Shown here: piece by piece, positions 40,101 through 51,430 of the stretch
Position numbering within the stretch: the first letter of the stretch is position 1
How the letters are laid out: every line of letters starts with the position of its first letter
Source: Lingula anatina
Lineage: Eukaryota; Animalia; Brachiopoda
DNA length: 64,000 nt
NCBI GenBank assembly: GCA_051362555.1
Contig: CM120646.1
Location: forward strand, 2,046,001 to 2,110,000
Direction of reading: 5' to 3'
Translations under genes and position numbers: made by a program
The notes under the pieces: model-generated
Database searches by the model: none
Seen by the model: the letters and a program-made list of their open reading frames with translations, nothing else
What the model was told of the DNA's origin: nothing

Positions 40101-42441
40101 TGTGGACTACGGCGATGATGCGAACGCAGTGATGTCAACCGGGAATGAAAACACGCCGAATTCTGTTAAGAGCTACTATCCAAGTAAGCGAGTTTTGATA
40201 TTGAGGCTGTGGTTGTACGTGACATGAGTAGGGTTTATTTTCGACTAAAATGACGCAGGCATTGTTTGTACTTTTAATACTTAAGATGGTGGCGGTCACT
40301 TTTTTAGGCTGGTTGCAAAGACGATATTGTAGTGATCAGTTGATAATTAGATATCCTTCCCAGAGACTATCGTACTAACTTTGAATCAAACTATCTCCGA
40401 TGGGATTCTCGCTTAATTGCAATTAACTCGGGCGGCTTAGACGTCTGTCACGCCTGTTGAGGCTGATAGGCGTAATTAACTATCGTTTATTGCGAGTATC
40501 TTATGCTTAAAATTCAATTTCTATACAAGGAACCGTCTGAAAGGTACCTGGATACGTCAGATTACGAGGACACCTTAAAACCTTCACACAATGCACAGTA
40601 GACGCCATTTTAGTGACTTTTAGGTGCATCTCATTTTACTAAGTCTACAGATAAGGTAATGCTATGGAAGTAGATAAGTTTTTTTAAGAAAATACTGATT
40701 AGCTAGGGTTTAAAACTTTGTATTTTTGGTGGGGGTCTGTCACCTTTATTTTTGCTGTACAATTATTTCTCATTCTCAATATTCGTCACGAGGTTAAATT
40801 AATGAAAATGGTGTTAAAAATACATGATTTATTTTTATACCTGCTTTTGCTATCTAAAGCACTCAGTTACTCCCTTGTTAATTACATAGTCATCTGTACA
40901 TTAAGCCAATATGTATTATATTAGTCTTTCAGCTTATTAACAATTGCGGTATTCGTTTTTTCACAAGTATTTGATGCCTGTTCAACATGACAGTCTTTTT
41001 TAAATGGGAGGGCAGCAGCTGAAAGAACAAGTTTAACTCATTGATTGCAAGAGAAATTTGAAAATTGTCGTAAATTAGTTTGAACCTTTTTAATACAGAC
41101 ACAACCTAGTACGGGAACGCGTGGTGTAATAAACTATTAAATTATTGTTGAACTGTAATATATAAGATCTACGCCTTATGGTTATGTAATCAAGTTTTGC
41201 TCCGTTATACGCGCTATTACACACGGTATCGTTTACTAATGGTCCATTATAGTGAGTGAGAATGATCTCACCTTTTAGTACCTTGGTAATATCTCTATTA
41301 ATATCATCCAATTAAATAAACAAAATGTGAACCATATACCAGAAAACGTAGTACTACTATACTCAACTGTTTGCATAGTATAGTAGCGACATTATACCCG
41401 CATGTGTTTGTCATTTAATATAATGCCGGTGGATATATGTAATTTGTTACTATGAGTTCACCCAGCATATTGCTGTATATTATATGAGAGTGTTTTTTAT
41501 ATGAAAATGAAGAAGACCAAAACTGTTAAGCTGATGAAATACAACGTTCAAGAGCGGAGTTCACGTGCAGAGGTCACTAGAGTTAACTTTGAATTCTACA
41601 GAAACTGATGAAAAAAATCTCATGAAAAAATCTCATTAGTGTTGAACGCGAGAAAGGGAGATCTGATTTCATTTTACACAGGAACAACCCTTGACTTGAC
41701 ACCTTTTGACACGGCACATGTACTCTATAAAGACAAACTTTCTGGTTTTATAAAGCGTTGTCGAGCTTCATTTTGCTTCCAAATATTTTGCAACCAAAGA
41801 AACCATGAATACGAATTTTGCAACCAAAATTCTGTATTGTATGTGTGTTGAATAAAAAATAATTTCCCGACTGTTAAGTAACTCAAATTTAAAGCGATTA
41901 GTTATGGAATATTTCATTTAATAACTTCAAAATTATGTTAAGATGGTTTCATGTTAAAAGGTGTCGTTATTTGTGAAATGCAGAGCGCCTTCAATGTGTT
42001 TCCATCTTCTTTTTTAACCTCTATTTTATCGTCCACACAAAAGTATTATTTCTGACCTCTTACGTGTGTATCAGCGGCAAAGGTATCAATCCTCGTGAGA
42101 TCTGATATAAAAAGTAAGTTAAAAAGAGATTCGTATACGGACTTGCTTTTCAAAAAAGCTAGTTTGATGAATAGATGGTAACTGATCAGTTTGTTTGTGT
42201 GGACGAGCACAAGAGCAACAAAAGCTTGGAAATAACCCTCATCTAGAATTTCACGATGTCCTTTGTTGGACAAAGGTATAGTGTGTTTCCGTTCTTCTCT
42301 TCGAGGCCCCTCTATCGAATTTCTCATGTACTCTTTTTTTAACTGTGACATGTCGTACGCTCGTATTTTGGGATCTTAGTTGCGCTCAGTCCTTAAAACT
42401 TAATAACCTCTAACTTAATAAAAAACACCATGCACCTGCAC

Positions 42442-42479
<38 letters not shown>

Positions 42480-45400
42480 GGAACAATTATTTCTAACACT
42501 TTATCTTTTGCTCATTCGGCTACTTAATACTGCAGCAACAGTCTTTGTAGGTGAAACCACATTGTAAATAAGGACATGGCCCAAAAGTTCTGTAATGCAA
42601 TACTATTCTAATCTACAAAATCTCTAAGTAAGACGACCTTCACAATCATAATACAAGTAGTAGTAAGTATTTAAAACTGCAGATCATCTAACACTGACGT
42701 AATTTTAAAATGCAAACAAATAACCATCACAATATCGTACTCAGGGCTTGCGATCTTCATTCGTGTGCTTGGTAATAACCGTTTCTTTAAGCCCCGCCAA
42801 ACTCAGGGTGCTGCTGTCTTTCTAACGCTTACACCAACAGGGTACACTTACACGGGTATTTGTTCTTTTTAAAAAACGAGTATACCTCCTCAGCCACGCG
42901 GAGATCATTATCGTCATCATTATTATTATTATTATCCATATTTCGGCCCTATGGCATATAATATCTTCACCGTTTTATCGTTAAAGCTGCAGTGAGACCA
43001 GTACTTTGACACTGACCGTGAGTTGACCTACGCAAACTGCTTGCAAGGAAAACCCATTGCGAATGAAGCAATCTGGTTATTTGGTGACAAGCTTCCTACA
43101 TGAATGAAAACTTGATCTAAAATGGTCGTGATGTGAATGCAGCCAAATGCAACATCCATGGAGAGAGTTGTAATATTGCTGTATTTTATTTTTATTTACT
43201 GTTGTGGTCTCCCAACCCCCACTTACTATACGCTGTAATATAAAAAATGCACTGAAACAAACAGGTCACCCCGCATTTTATTTATATTTTATTATTCTGC
43301 CAAGAATTTAGCTTTGATCTCTTGCGGAGAATCGAGTTGCCATTCACTAATGTCTTGACCTGGCGAATAAGTCAAATGACAAACAGACTCTATTAAATGG
43401 CATTGCGTTGCCAGGGAGGACAGCGAGTGAAAACGCTCAGTTTACTCTGAGGACAGTCAGGGAGACAAATTGTCACCACAAATATGTCCATAGATTTTAA
43501 CGGAAAATTGTTTGGACATTCTTTCTCAGTCAATGTAGAAATTGAGAGAGCCGTGAAATGGGGACCGATGTCACAGTCAAAGGTCTTAGGTTTAAAACTC
43601 TTTGCGACTGGACCAATTAAATGATAGGCAAACCCAAGGGCACGTGCGAGCTAACGAGCCCAACCGCCAGCTTTACAGCTTTACAGGAGACTTTGCATAA
43701 GGCTTTGAATAGAACAGTTTCCGAACAAAATCAGTTTATAAAATAGATTTGTGATAGCCACGTTTGCAACATATAAAAACGCGTTAATCTGAACGCATGT
43801 CTGTTAATTAATTTTATAGGGCTGTTTTTAAAGAGCGTTCAAAAAGCGTATAACATTATCGATTCACAGTCTGTTGACTAAATTAACCACAGCATACATA
43901 GTGATGTCTCGCACTCCGTTGGCTTAAGTTTGTCATCTACACTCTGTTACTTTCCTATTAATCAAATGTCCTTCTGCTGAGCTGGTCACTTCCTTATATA
44001 ATCCAGTTAACAATTTAACCCCGTTTATGTTCGTTATCCATTGAGCTCGTCGCTCTACATACATAAATAACCCTCATAACAACAACACAACTTTGTTGAG
44101 TTAAAGGGATAACAACTGTTCGTATGAGATTCACATTCCACAATAAATACAAATAAACAAATCACAGAAATATAATAAATTCTATTTTACCAGAAGAACG
44201 GCGGTTATAGATCGCAATTGTTTTGCTATCTGTGCTTGCCATCGGGCCAGATGACCTCCATAGATGGCTACCCTTTGTAATGATCTCCTTTTTGGTCAAA
44301 ATGAACAGTTGTTATCTCTTTAAGCTTTGTTTTCTACAAAATCTTGTGTCGCGTTCCACGGTTTTAATGTAGTCACGACTAACACTTCAAGCACTGGACA
44401 GTTCGAGATCAGTGTCAGTAAATATATATAAATAATAATCATTATTAAGTATTACTGAAAACCGCTGTACAAAAACGTTTCAGTGCTGTTTTCTAATACT
44501 ATTACATAAAAACCTAATTGAAAACTAAGTATAAGGAATAAACGCTTAAAGAGACAAAAATAGCCACAAATGTCTTTAATTCTTAAAATTATCATAATGC
44601 TTGATATGTTGTGAGAAAAAAAAATTGGTGCTGCGATTCTCTGTGCACATAACTTACTGGTAATTTGACGTAAATGACTGCACAAAGCTGGAGCCAAAAA
44701 AACATGTTTTTAATTCTTTTATGTAGAGAAAAAAGTGCCGCCTTTAAATGCTAAAAAAATTAGGTTTTATTGGGTGCCATCGCAGACGAAGCACTACGTA
44801 ATCCTTTCTCCCCATTGCACAACTATTTGACATTTAAGTGGTGGGTTTCGTTTTCTTTTTTCACATTTATGGGTGTCGCATTCTGCCGCTAGTGGATCTA
44901 ATGTCTCATTATATTTTGTCCTAATGCATACCATCGCTCTCTTTATTACTGAAGACGTCTTGTTGAATAGCATGGGTAATAGGGTGTATTTTAAATGGAT
45001 GTACAAACTGTATAGCACTTAACATACACTGTTACATAAAGCTATGTAAAATGTTCTGTTCGACACGAACTACATGTATATAAATAAATAGTGATAAATT
45101 TTTGGCATTCATTTTGTTTAGACTTGTAAATATCATACAAAACTGCTTTCTGAATGGAGATTTAATTAATATTTTGTAATGTTAATACATAAATCAAAAC
45201 ACCAAAAATCAACACAAATACCAACTGTTTTTACTACATGTAGCTTCACATTATGTTAAAAGCTTTAAAACTGAATAAGAAAAATATAAATTCAGCACAC
45301 GTCTTAAAATCTATGCCGAAATACATTTTGGCAAAATATGCGATCCACATGTACATTGCAAGACTTTAAACAGTGTTTTGACATTTAACGTGAAGTGTGT

Positions 45401-48400
45401 CACTTCCATGGGCTTACGGTTATCTAACATGGCATTTCCACTCTCATTTTCCATTCCCCATCTTACTGGTATGTCTGACTCCGCCCTCAAACGTGTAACT
45501 ATATGCTGGCTCCACCGTTGCTGCTCTTCTCCATGTTAGTGCTAGCCTCCCAAACCCCTTTGTCCATAAAAAAACACGCAACATGAAGCTTGTATTATTA
45601 TTATTATTGTTGTTGTTGTTGTTGTTATTATTATTGTTATTATACACGAGCCAAAAAACCCTCCGACAAAAAGTCTTCTACCCACACAAAGCTGTTTAAT
45701 CACTTTCCCAGGCATAACCCTTCATACTGTTCACCTTGTCCTGATTTTCCCACTTGTTGGAGAAAGGTTGGATTGGGTTGAAATGCGTTAATTACGTGTA
45801 AAAGATAGATGCTTTGATCATGCTCCCCTTCAACCTCCAGATCTGGGCTAATGATGTTAAGACATTTTGTTTTTGTGGTGCTACTTCTAATTGAAACAGT
45901 AAGTTTAAACGTCTGCTATTTGCATCGCTTTGAAAACGTTTTTTCCTCCTCGTTTCACTTCGTATACAGCATGCTAGGTTTGCAAATGTCACAAATGTTT
46001 TTTAGTCGTCAGATGGACTAATACAGACAAAAACAGTGTTGCTTAATGAAATACAATATTTGGCAAATGCACATTTAATTCATTTCTTTTTCTTATTATC
46101 TTTCTCTTATTCCTTTTCTCTGATACTTTTATCTTCTCGGCAGATGGGTCTCTAATATGTTTGAATAAAAAGTGACACACAGTGTTTTGGAGTCATACTT
46201 CACTGAAAATTAACCATCATATAAAACTCACTATCCTGTTGAATCTCTGAGCGCTCCATATATCACTTCATGTCATTTACAGTGTCTGTTCTGAAGAGCG
46301 GGTGTTTTTTTAGGTGAAGAGTAAAATGAGAACGTTACTCGCAACTCGATCATCTTTCTCCTGAGTCGGGACAAAAAGAGCGGTGGCCCATGTGGAATAT
46401 GTCTATTTGAAGAGACATTTCTTATATCGATGAAAAAAGGAAGGAATTTCAATGTGCCATTATAATCCCCTACAAGTCACGCTACGCATGAAGCATTTAA
46501 CAAAAGAAAAATAATGTAATATGGCAACATGAAATTAAGTCAACATACGGCATCGTTGAAAACAAAATTGACCTCAAAATTAGGTGAGGGTAAAAGAGAC
46601 CCAAGTATGATAGATCTATCCATTCCGTGCTCCTCTCCGTGACTCTCCCATTAAAATGAGACTTGTACTATTTCCATCCACTACCTTAAATATACTTTAA
46701 AATTCTCACTAATTTAATTTTTTTTTCTCTCTTTTCAGTGTTCCAGGATGTCCACGTTATGATTTTTGTGGGGTTTGGTTTTCTTATGACGTTTCTGAAG
46801 CGTTATGGTTTCGGTAGTATGGGCTTCAACTTCCTCCTCTCCGCCCTTGTGGTGCAGTGGCAGATTCTCATGGCGGGTTTCTTGCACATGGAGCATGGAA
46901 AAATCAAGATAGATGTAACAAGGTAAGGCTAAGGCCAGCCGGAGCGTCTCGGGTCAATACGCATCTGGCTGATAATTTGAGATTCAATCAACCTAGGTGG
47001 TCTAAATAAGAGCAGAACAATTGTGTCAGAGAAGACAGAAACGCATTCGATGAAGCTAAACGTACAATGATAAACGCAACTAACGCGATAAATAGTGTTA
47101 TGGGTTGTGCTAATTGCATCTACCTGTTGGCTAAAGCGTGACTTTTTCTGAAACTGGAAATGTTACCAAAAGCATTATGAAACCAAAAACGTATGAAACC
47201 AGTTAGTGTATTTTGTTACTCGGATGGAATGGTGCGTCTAAATGCAATTATTGTATTTTACTTTTTGTCTCTGCAAATTTGTTTCTCTTTGTTTATCTGG
47301 CTATCTGGATTCTAAGACTAAAACCTAATGCACTGTATTGTAACCATTATATTATAAAGAGTACCAAATAATTTTCTCATTTCATCATTTTGCTCATCTT
47401 TCTCCTTTTTTTTACAAGTATGATAGCTGCAGACTTTGGTGCCGGCGCAGTACTTATTTCTTTTGGAGCAGTGCTGGGAAAAACAAGCCCTCTCCAGCTC
47501 GTCATCATGGCTTTCTTTGAGATCATCTTCTACTGCGTCAATGAAATGATCGGACTCACCTACTTCAAGGTAAAGACGATATCATTTTATGTATAACGTT
47601 TTCGAAAAAGATACTGTAATAATGTATCCTAATTAGCCGCTGCAGGGGATCCGCTTAAAAAATTACTAGTGAAATGAAATGTTTAAGTACATGCAAACTA
47701 CTTGCTTATGCCTGCCAAAGTATCATCTCCGACCAGGAAGCATGCTTTTGAATTTGATCCCCTATCTAGCTATACAGTAAATTTAGTTAATAGAATTTCT
47801 GTAGTGTTAATTGGTTTTACAGGGAGTTACCGTTTGTTTCAAGGCATAACTGTAGAACTGCATGGGTCGTCATGGGCTAAAATTGTTTATTCTTGGAAAT
47901 CTAACAATATCTTTTCTTTTTAATGGAAAGAATGTACAATAATACCTTTAAGACCGTGTAGACAGGCGAGCTAACTGCGAGGAAGTCAGTTTCACGTTAA
48001 ATGCCTTTGAACTTCAAGGAGCACAGTGCGCGGTAGCAATTTTTTTCTTTATTAGAAATTCTATCCAATTTCGTTGGGGGGATTTACATTCCATAATTCC
48101 ATTTTCTAGAACTTAATTTAAATCCTATATTAACACGTGTTCCAGGCGGTGGATATTGGAGGATCCATGTTCATCCATGCATTCGGAGCGTACTTTGGTT
48201 TGGCTGTGGCAAGGGTCTTATGGCGGGAAGACATAGAGGAGAGCGATAAGGAGGGATCCGTCTACCACTCAGATCTGTTCTCCATGATAGGTGAGTTTGG
48301 TGTCGTTCTGGTAGAGAGGAAGCTCCGTGGATAGTTTCTAATTTTACCGCCGCGGCGCCACAGTGCAATGATCATTGTAACACAAGTGCGCCCTCGCTTG

Positions 48401-49499
48401 AAAGAAAATATCATTAAAGCTCGCCGGTTGTTGTCCTTAATTCTTACATTAGTCCCCGCCTTCACATCTCCGATAATTCTCCTTGACCATGGCTACGTTC
48501 ATGTATTATTTCTCCTTTTTAGTTTTCTGAATGGTGCATAATTTGATTTGTCATCATTCCTAAAACGGCCATCGTCTAAACACACGGTGGTACTAATCCA
48601 TGCATCTTGTTTCTTCCAGGAACCATATTCCTGTGGATGTACTGGCCCAGTTTCAACGGCGCTCTGGCTCCAGGGGACGACCAACACCGCGCTGTGATCA
48701 ACACATACCTCTCCCTGGCGGCCTGCTGTGTTGTCACTTTCGCCATATCCTCGGCGTTAGACGCTAAGGGGCGGATTAACATGGTGAGTGCGTACCAAAA
48801 TTTTGCGTCGATGACGTGAAGAGGTAAAGTTGGATACGTTCCATATACACAAAGTCAAATCAGTTCTTAACGTCAAGGCAAAGTACAATGTCACAAACGC
48901 AGCTTTGGTTCAGCTTTGTGAAGGTCACTCTGTCAGAACTAGCAGGCTAGCAGAAATTTTAATTTTTTAAAATTTAATGAATACATTTGAAAGAACTTGA
49001 TTTATTTAAAATGTATTTATTTACTGTGATGGCGAGATTAAGACTTCAACTTGTTTGCATTTAATCTTAATGTTTGACCGTATTTCTTCATTTTTTTAAA
49101 TTAAAATTGCTTAGTTTGGTTTTTTTTTCCAAATTAGCCAGATTTATATATGGCTCTTTCCATTTGCAGTAAGATACAATCAATAACGAATTATCAAATC
49201 AGACTTGAAAGCAGGTTTTAATATTGTTACATTTTTGATAAAATAGAACTTCATATATAAAATCCACAGTAAGAAAATTGAACAAATCCTCAATATAGAC
49301 AAATACATGCAGTCCTTAATTTGACAACTACAGGTGCACGTACAGAACGCTACTTTGGCGGGAGGTGTTGCCATAGGAACAAGTGCTGACCTTATGATTC
49401 GACCTTGGGGTGCAATGCTGGTGGGGACCTCTGCCGCCCTGATCTCAACTCTTGGCTTTACGTACCTCACGGTAGGTGAACTATTCCCGCCAGCAGTCC

Positions 49500-49539
<40 letters not shown>

Positions 49540-50930
49540 TCGAAGAGGAAGTTGTGAACGATACTAGGATACGTTTTGTTTATCTGAGTGCAGCACTGCA
49601 TTGTTGATATTATAACATTTTCTCGGCCCAAGAATCCCACAAGACTAGCCAATCAATTAGAAGAAAATCAAGATTGGTTAAAGTAATCTCCATTGCAGCT
49701 TCTGTTAGGTCACAAAGAGAAAACAAACGGCACATAAAATGGCAACAATAGTATGTGCTAATAAATGTGGTAAAAGTGGCAAAACGTTTTTGCTGCATAG
49801 GTAAGATTTTTGCTCCAAAGAAACAAAACGGAATCCAATAAAAACATGTTTCAGTGAATATGTAATGTATGTCCATATTTGATATAAACCTCTCCTATAC
49901 CAGCCGCTGTTGAGCTCCAAGGCTAAGGTTCACGACACATGTGGTGTGAACAACCTCCATGGGATGCCGGGAATATTGGCGGCCATTGCTGGGGCTATTC
50001 TAGCCGCCATTGCCAGCACCGATATCTACGGGCTCAGGTATGTAGTTCTCTCTCTCTCTCTCTCTCTCACTCTGCACCGAAAAAATAGACGAAAACCAAT
50101 TTATTGTTTGGAAAATCCATCTTAAAATCTTATGGACCAAAAATGTGAAGTTCTACATTGTATGCCCTTGACGGTCTTTCTGCACACTTCAAATAGTAAT
50201 TTAGTCATATCAAATGATGACCTCATTTTTAAGTTTTAGAAATGAATGTCGCACGATACAACAACGCTGTAATGACATTTTTCTTAAAAACAGAGGGCGT
50301 CGAATAAGTCTACTGATAACTAAAGACAGAATGATGCTACATGTACATGTAGAAAATGGGAATGATGCAGTAGCTTACCTAATCTGTATCCATTTACTCA
50401 AATACACTTCCAGTCTGTACCAGGTTTTCCCAGCCCGTTCCCCTGTAGAAAACTCCACCATGTTACAGGAGCTACAGGCGAGATTCAGCGAGATCGAAGC
50501 TGGTCTCGGTCGCACGGCAGGCGAGCAGGCCGGCTACCAGATGGCGACACTGGGCGTGACTTTGGGCATTGCTTTACTGGGAGGGACAATTACTGGTGAG
50601 TGCAATCTGAATCTGTGTCAAGTATATCATCTGTGTCAAAAAATCGTTTTATTATAATATTGTGGGCTGCCAGCAGCTGCATCATTGGTCAGCGTGGTTT
50701 CCTGATAGTGTTTTCATATCCGGAAAGGTCTATACCATCCCCACATACATCATAAGCCTAGCATGTCCAACAGTCTGAATTTGGAGTAGTTAATAGCAAA
50801 TAATAGAATACTTTAAATATATTAAAAGAATGAATGCTGTCCATAAACGCCGCCCATTATAACCCTGTGGCTAAGAAGATCCGCCCTTCTATTTCGTTAA
50901 GAATTTTTGATACAACTACGTAAAGTCGCC

Positions 50931-50978
<48 letters not shown>

Positions 50979-51266
50979 CAAGTACATGTACACAACTTTG
51001 ATGCACCGATTACTGAAAATGGCGTAACGCGACTGTTATGACATTTTAACAAACCCCTCTCTCTTATTCATCCCGCAGGTTTTCTCCTACTGATCCCCTG
51101 TTTGGACCGCCCTGAGGGCGACCAACTGTTTGATGACGAGAAGTTCTGGGAAGTGCCAGAGGAGGGTTTCCAGAAATTGCCACTGTTTGACCCCAATTCC
51201 TCACACGGCGTCAACAGAGAGGAGCCAGCCATCAAGAACGGGGCAACAGAGGATACAAAGTTTTAG
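8809..51266 (+). CDS. Rh50: Rh-family ammonium/CO2 channel (Rh50, RhAG/RhBG/RhCG-like), long isoform, about 603 aa
   Basis: Exons 8809-9262, 11265-11336, 46739-46922, 47419-47569, 48146-48290, 48620-48783, 49334-49471, 49904-50037, 50414-50595, 51079-51266. All junctions are GT-AG and phase-compatible. Rh hallmarks: [80 protein letters not shown] (both pore histidines present). The 11336-46739 join is inferred. Confidence 0.75.
9523..9596. repeat. (CT)n microsatellite
   Basis: Read directly from the sequence; a (CA)n run follows at about 9686-9720. Confidence 0.95.
10388..10632. mobile_element. Palindromic MITE with GGG...CCC ends
   Basis: About 90-bp imperfect inverted arms (gggctcattcccattaaaactgtc...gtagatcgatcc...ctgaatgcaatcagttt / aaactgattgcattcag...ggatcgatctac...gacagtttcaatgtgaatgagccc). 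Confidence 0.7.
11265..11336 (+). CDS. Rh50: Rh 72-nt second exon of the long N-terminal module (missed by the ORF track)
   Basis: ttcag| acceptor; reads (S)[23 protein letters not shown], then A|gtaagt. Matches the NSVKSYYP A|gtaagc end of exon 1b. Confidence 0.85.
12369..13560. repeat. About 70-bp direct repeat pair about 1.1 kb apart, probably inside a decayed DNA transposon
   Basis: gaacacacaatggga(t)gtaatgagactttgc.tgt.taacagagaaa.cattgtaacgaacaagtcagat at about 12369-12438 and 13489-13558. Confidence 0.75.
16040..18531 (-). CDS. Somatomedin-B-like/Cys-rich cell-surface glycoprotein, copy 1 (648 aa, putative GPI anchor)
   Basis: Exons 18531-17265, 16950-16859 and 16627-16040 (GT-AG, phases 1 and 0, total 1947 nt, no internal stop). 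N-terminal hydrophobic segment, Thr/Asn-rich stalk with many NxT sequons, [17 protein letters not shown]-like motif, [10 protein letters not shown] and RNIYCWLC repeats, hydrophobic C-terminal tail. Confidence 0.85.
18582..18620 (-). promoter_or_regulatory. Putative TATA-like and CCAAT elements of copy 1
   Basis: TATATAAG on the minus strand about 55 nt upstream of the ATG, and aaccaatcag at about 18610. The CCAAT and a variant of the TATA are retained in copy 2 (about 25570-25608). Confidence 0.4.
19258..19422. mobile_element. Ginger1-like MITE with CCGG target-site duplication
   Basis: ccgg|tgtaacg ... cgtaaca|ccgg; the paralogous empty site (single ccgg) is at 25782-25785. Confidence 0.75.
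20990..21160. repeat. Imperfect (TG)n microsatellite
   Basis: Read directly from the sequence. Confidence 0.95.
22437..25519 (-). CDS. Somatomedin-B-like/Cys-rich cell-surface glycoprotein, copy 2 (648 aa, putative GPI anchor)
   Basis: Exons 25519-24253, 23950-23859 and 23024-22437. Exon lengths and phases are identical to copy 1; the protein is collinear and highly similar. Confidence 0.85.
25836..27224 (-). mobile_element. Internally deleted Kolobok-type DNA transposon carrying a THAP exon
   Basis: ttaa|aggtatactgtg ... cacagtaggcct|ttaa (TIR 10/12 match, TTAA duplicated). Paralogous sites at about 19450-19470 and 34960-34985 are uninterrupted. Confidence 0.85.
26545..26982 (-). CDS. THAP zinc-finger domain (N-terminal exon of the Kolobok transposase)
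   Basis: [10 protein letters not shown]...P...W...ICSDHF...AVPSIF gives the C2CH THAP signature with AVP box. Probable donor GAG|gtacgt at 26575. No catalytic domain is seen inside the element. Confidence 0.85.
   Translation of the reverse strand: MPQSCVAPGCRNVGYDKKDMCYHILPADAAKRKIWLNSLKLKNPSTVSKHARICSDHFEPGCFVRDLRAELCGGKARRKLKDDAVPSIFDFSEYQNATVNARALPTRVLPVGCVHDAAVERKKRVASRAQKKFVAEVRCRIFWLC
27330..28224. mobile_element. EnSpm/CACTA-like non-autonomous element
   Basis: tg|cactgagaataaaattggagtc ... gactccgattttattctcagtg|tg: 22-bp TIR, 2-bp TG duplication, many subterminal gagtc/gactc motifs. Confidence 0.8.
27854..27926 (+). mobile_element. tRNA-derived sequence (SINE head or tRNA pseudogene) inside the EnSpm-like element
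   Basis: A-box-like tggccttctgg, anticodon-like arm cccgc-ctctgga-tcggg, and B-box-like gtgggttctaatcccac; the acceptor stem is imperfect. Confidence 0.55.
29620..29845. mobile_element. Palindromic MITE; second copy at about 52948-53155
   Basis: Inverted ends (cccatttccatagattttagatcgatc / gatcgatctaaaactctgggaaa). An approximately 80-bp core is nearly identical to 52983-53062. The element is absent from the paralogous site at about 21890. Confidence 0.75.
30473..30543. repeat. (TA)n microsatellite, target site of the Tc1 element
   Basis: Read directly; the TA run continues at 31922. Confidence 0.95.
30544..31921 (+). mobile_element. Tc1 (DD34E) transposon, full length, decayed transposase
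   Basis: Perfect 27-bp TIR cacacactggacaaaagaagtgtcacc, flanked by TA. Confidence 0.92.
30726..31748 (+). pseudogene. Tc1 transposase pseudogene
   Basis: [28 protein letters not shown] and [15 protein letters not shown] motifs (D-34-E spacing counted), split over several ORFs by stops and frameshifts. Confidence 0.9.
32122..33778 (-). mobile_element. Second, different Tc1 (DD34E) transposon
   Basis: ta|cagggttgctacttaatatggaat ... atttcatattaagtggtaaccctg|ta. Confidence 0.9.
32435..33400 (-). pseudogene. Tc1 transposase pseudogene
   Basis: [35 protein letters not shown] and [12 protein letters not shown] motifs (D-34-E spacing counted); frameshifted. Confidence 0.88.
34760..34922. mobile_element. 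Ginger1-like MITE, duplicated with its flanks from the 19258-19422 insertion
   Basis: Same sequence and same flanks as 19258-19422; ccgg|tgtaacg ... ttaca|cctg. Confidence 0.7.
36826..36862. repeat. (TG)n microsatellite in a fourth partial copy of the duplication-unit border
   Basis: 36650-36880 resembles 20810-21180 (cattgtgtc..caacacg.tctgctg.caa..ccgtct..., then a TG run, then ttta). Confidence 0.7.
37261..37642. mobile_element. Possible Kolobok-type MITE
   Basis: ttaa|agatgcata ... tatgtacct|ttaa, with a weak TIR. Confidence 0.4.
40015..40183 (+). CDS. Rh50: Rh alternative first coding exon 1b
   Basis: [57 protein letters not shown]|gtaagc; TATA-like tataaaca at 39891. Confidence 0.92.
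40015..51266 (+). CDS. Rh50: Rh-family ammonium channel, short (canonical-size) isoform, about 484 aa
   Basis: Exon 1b 40015-40183 joined to the shared exons 46739-51266 gives 1455 nt with no internal stop, ending ...EDTKF*. Confidence 0.92.
44105..44319. mobile_element. Kolobok-type MITE with TTAA duplication
   Basis: ttaa|agggataacaactgttc ... gaacagttgttatctct|ttaa; a related end fragment lies at about 23206-23235. Confidence 0.75.
50935..50975. repeat. (TA)n microsatellite
   Basis: Read directly from the sequence. Confidence 0.95.
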
Positions 51267-51327
51267 CTGAAAAGTTGTACATAATACTAAAAAACATCCG
51301 CTAACATGCATGTGTCAGTCTTGAGGC

Positions 51328-51430
51328 AGGAGGAAGGATGTTTCCAATCTTTGACCCCAATACCTCAAAGGGCGTCACCAAGAAAGACTCGATCACCAAG
51401 AACGATTCAACTGAATACATGGTTTTAGCT
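51328..51430 (+). repeat. Diverged tandem duplicate of the Rh C-terminal coding tail, lying in the 3' UTR
   Basis: tttgaccccaatacctcaaagggcgtcacc...caagaacg...gttttagct matches 51186-51268 tttgaccccaattcctcacacggcgtcaac...caagaacg...gttttagct. Confidence 0.8.
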
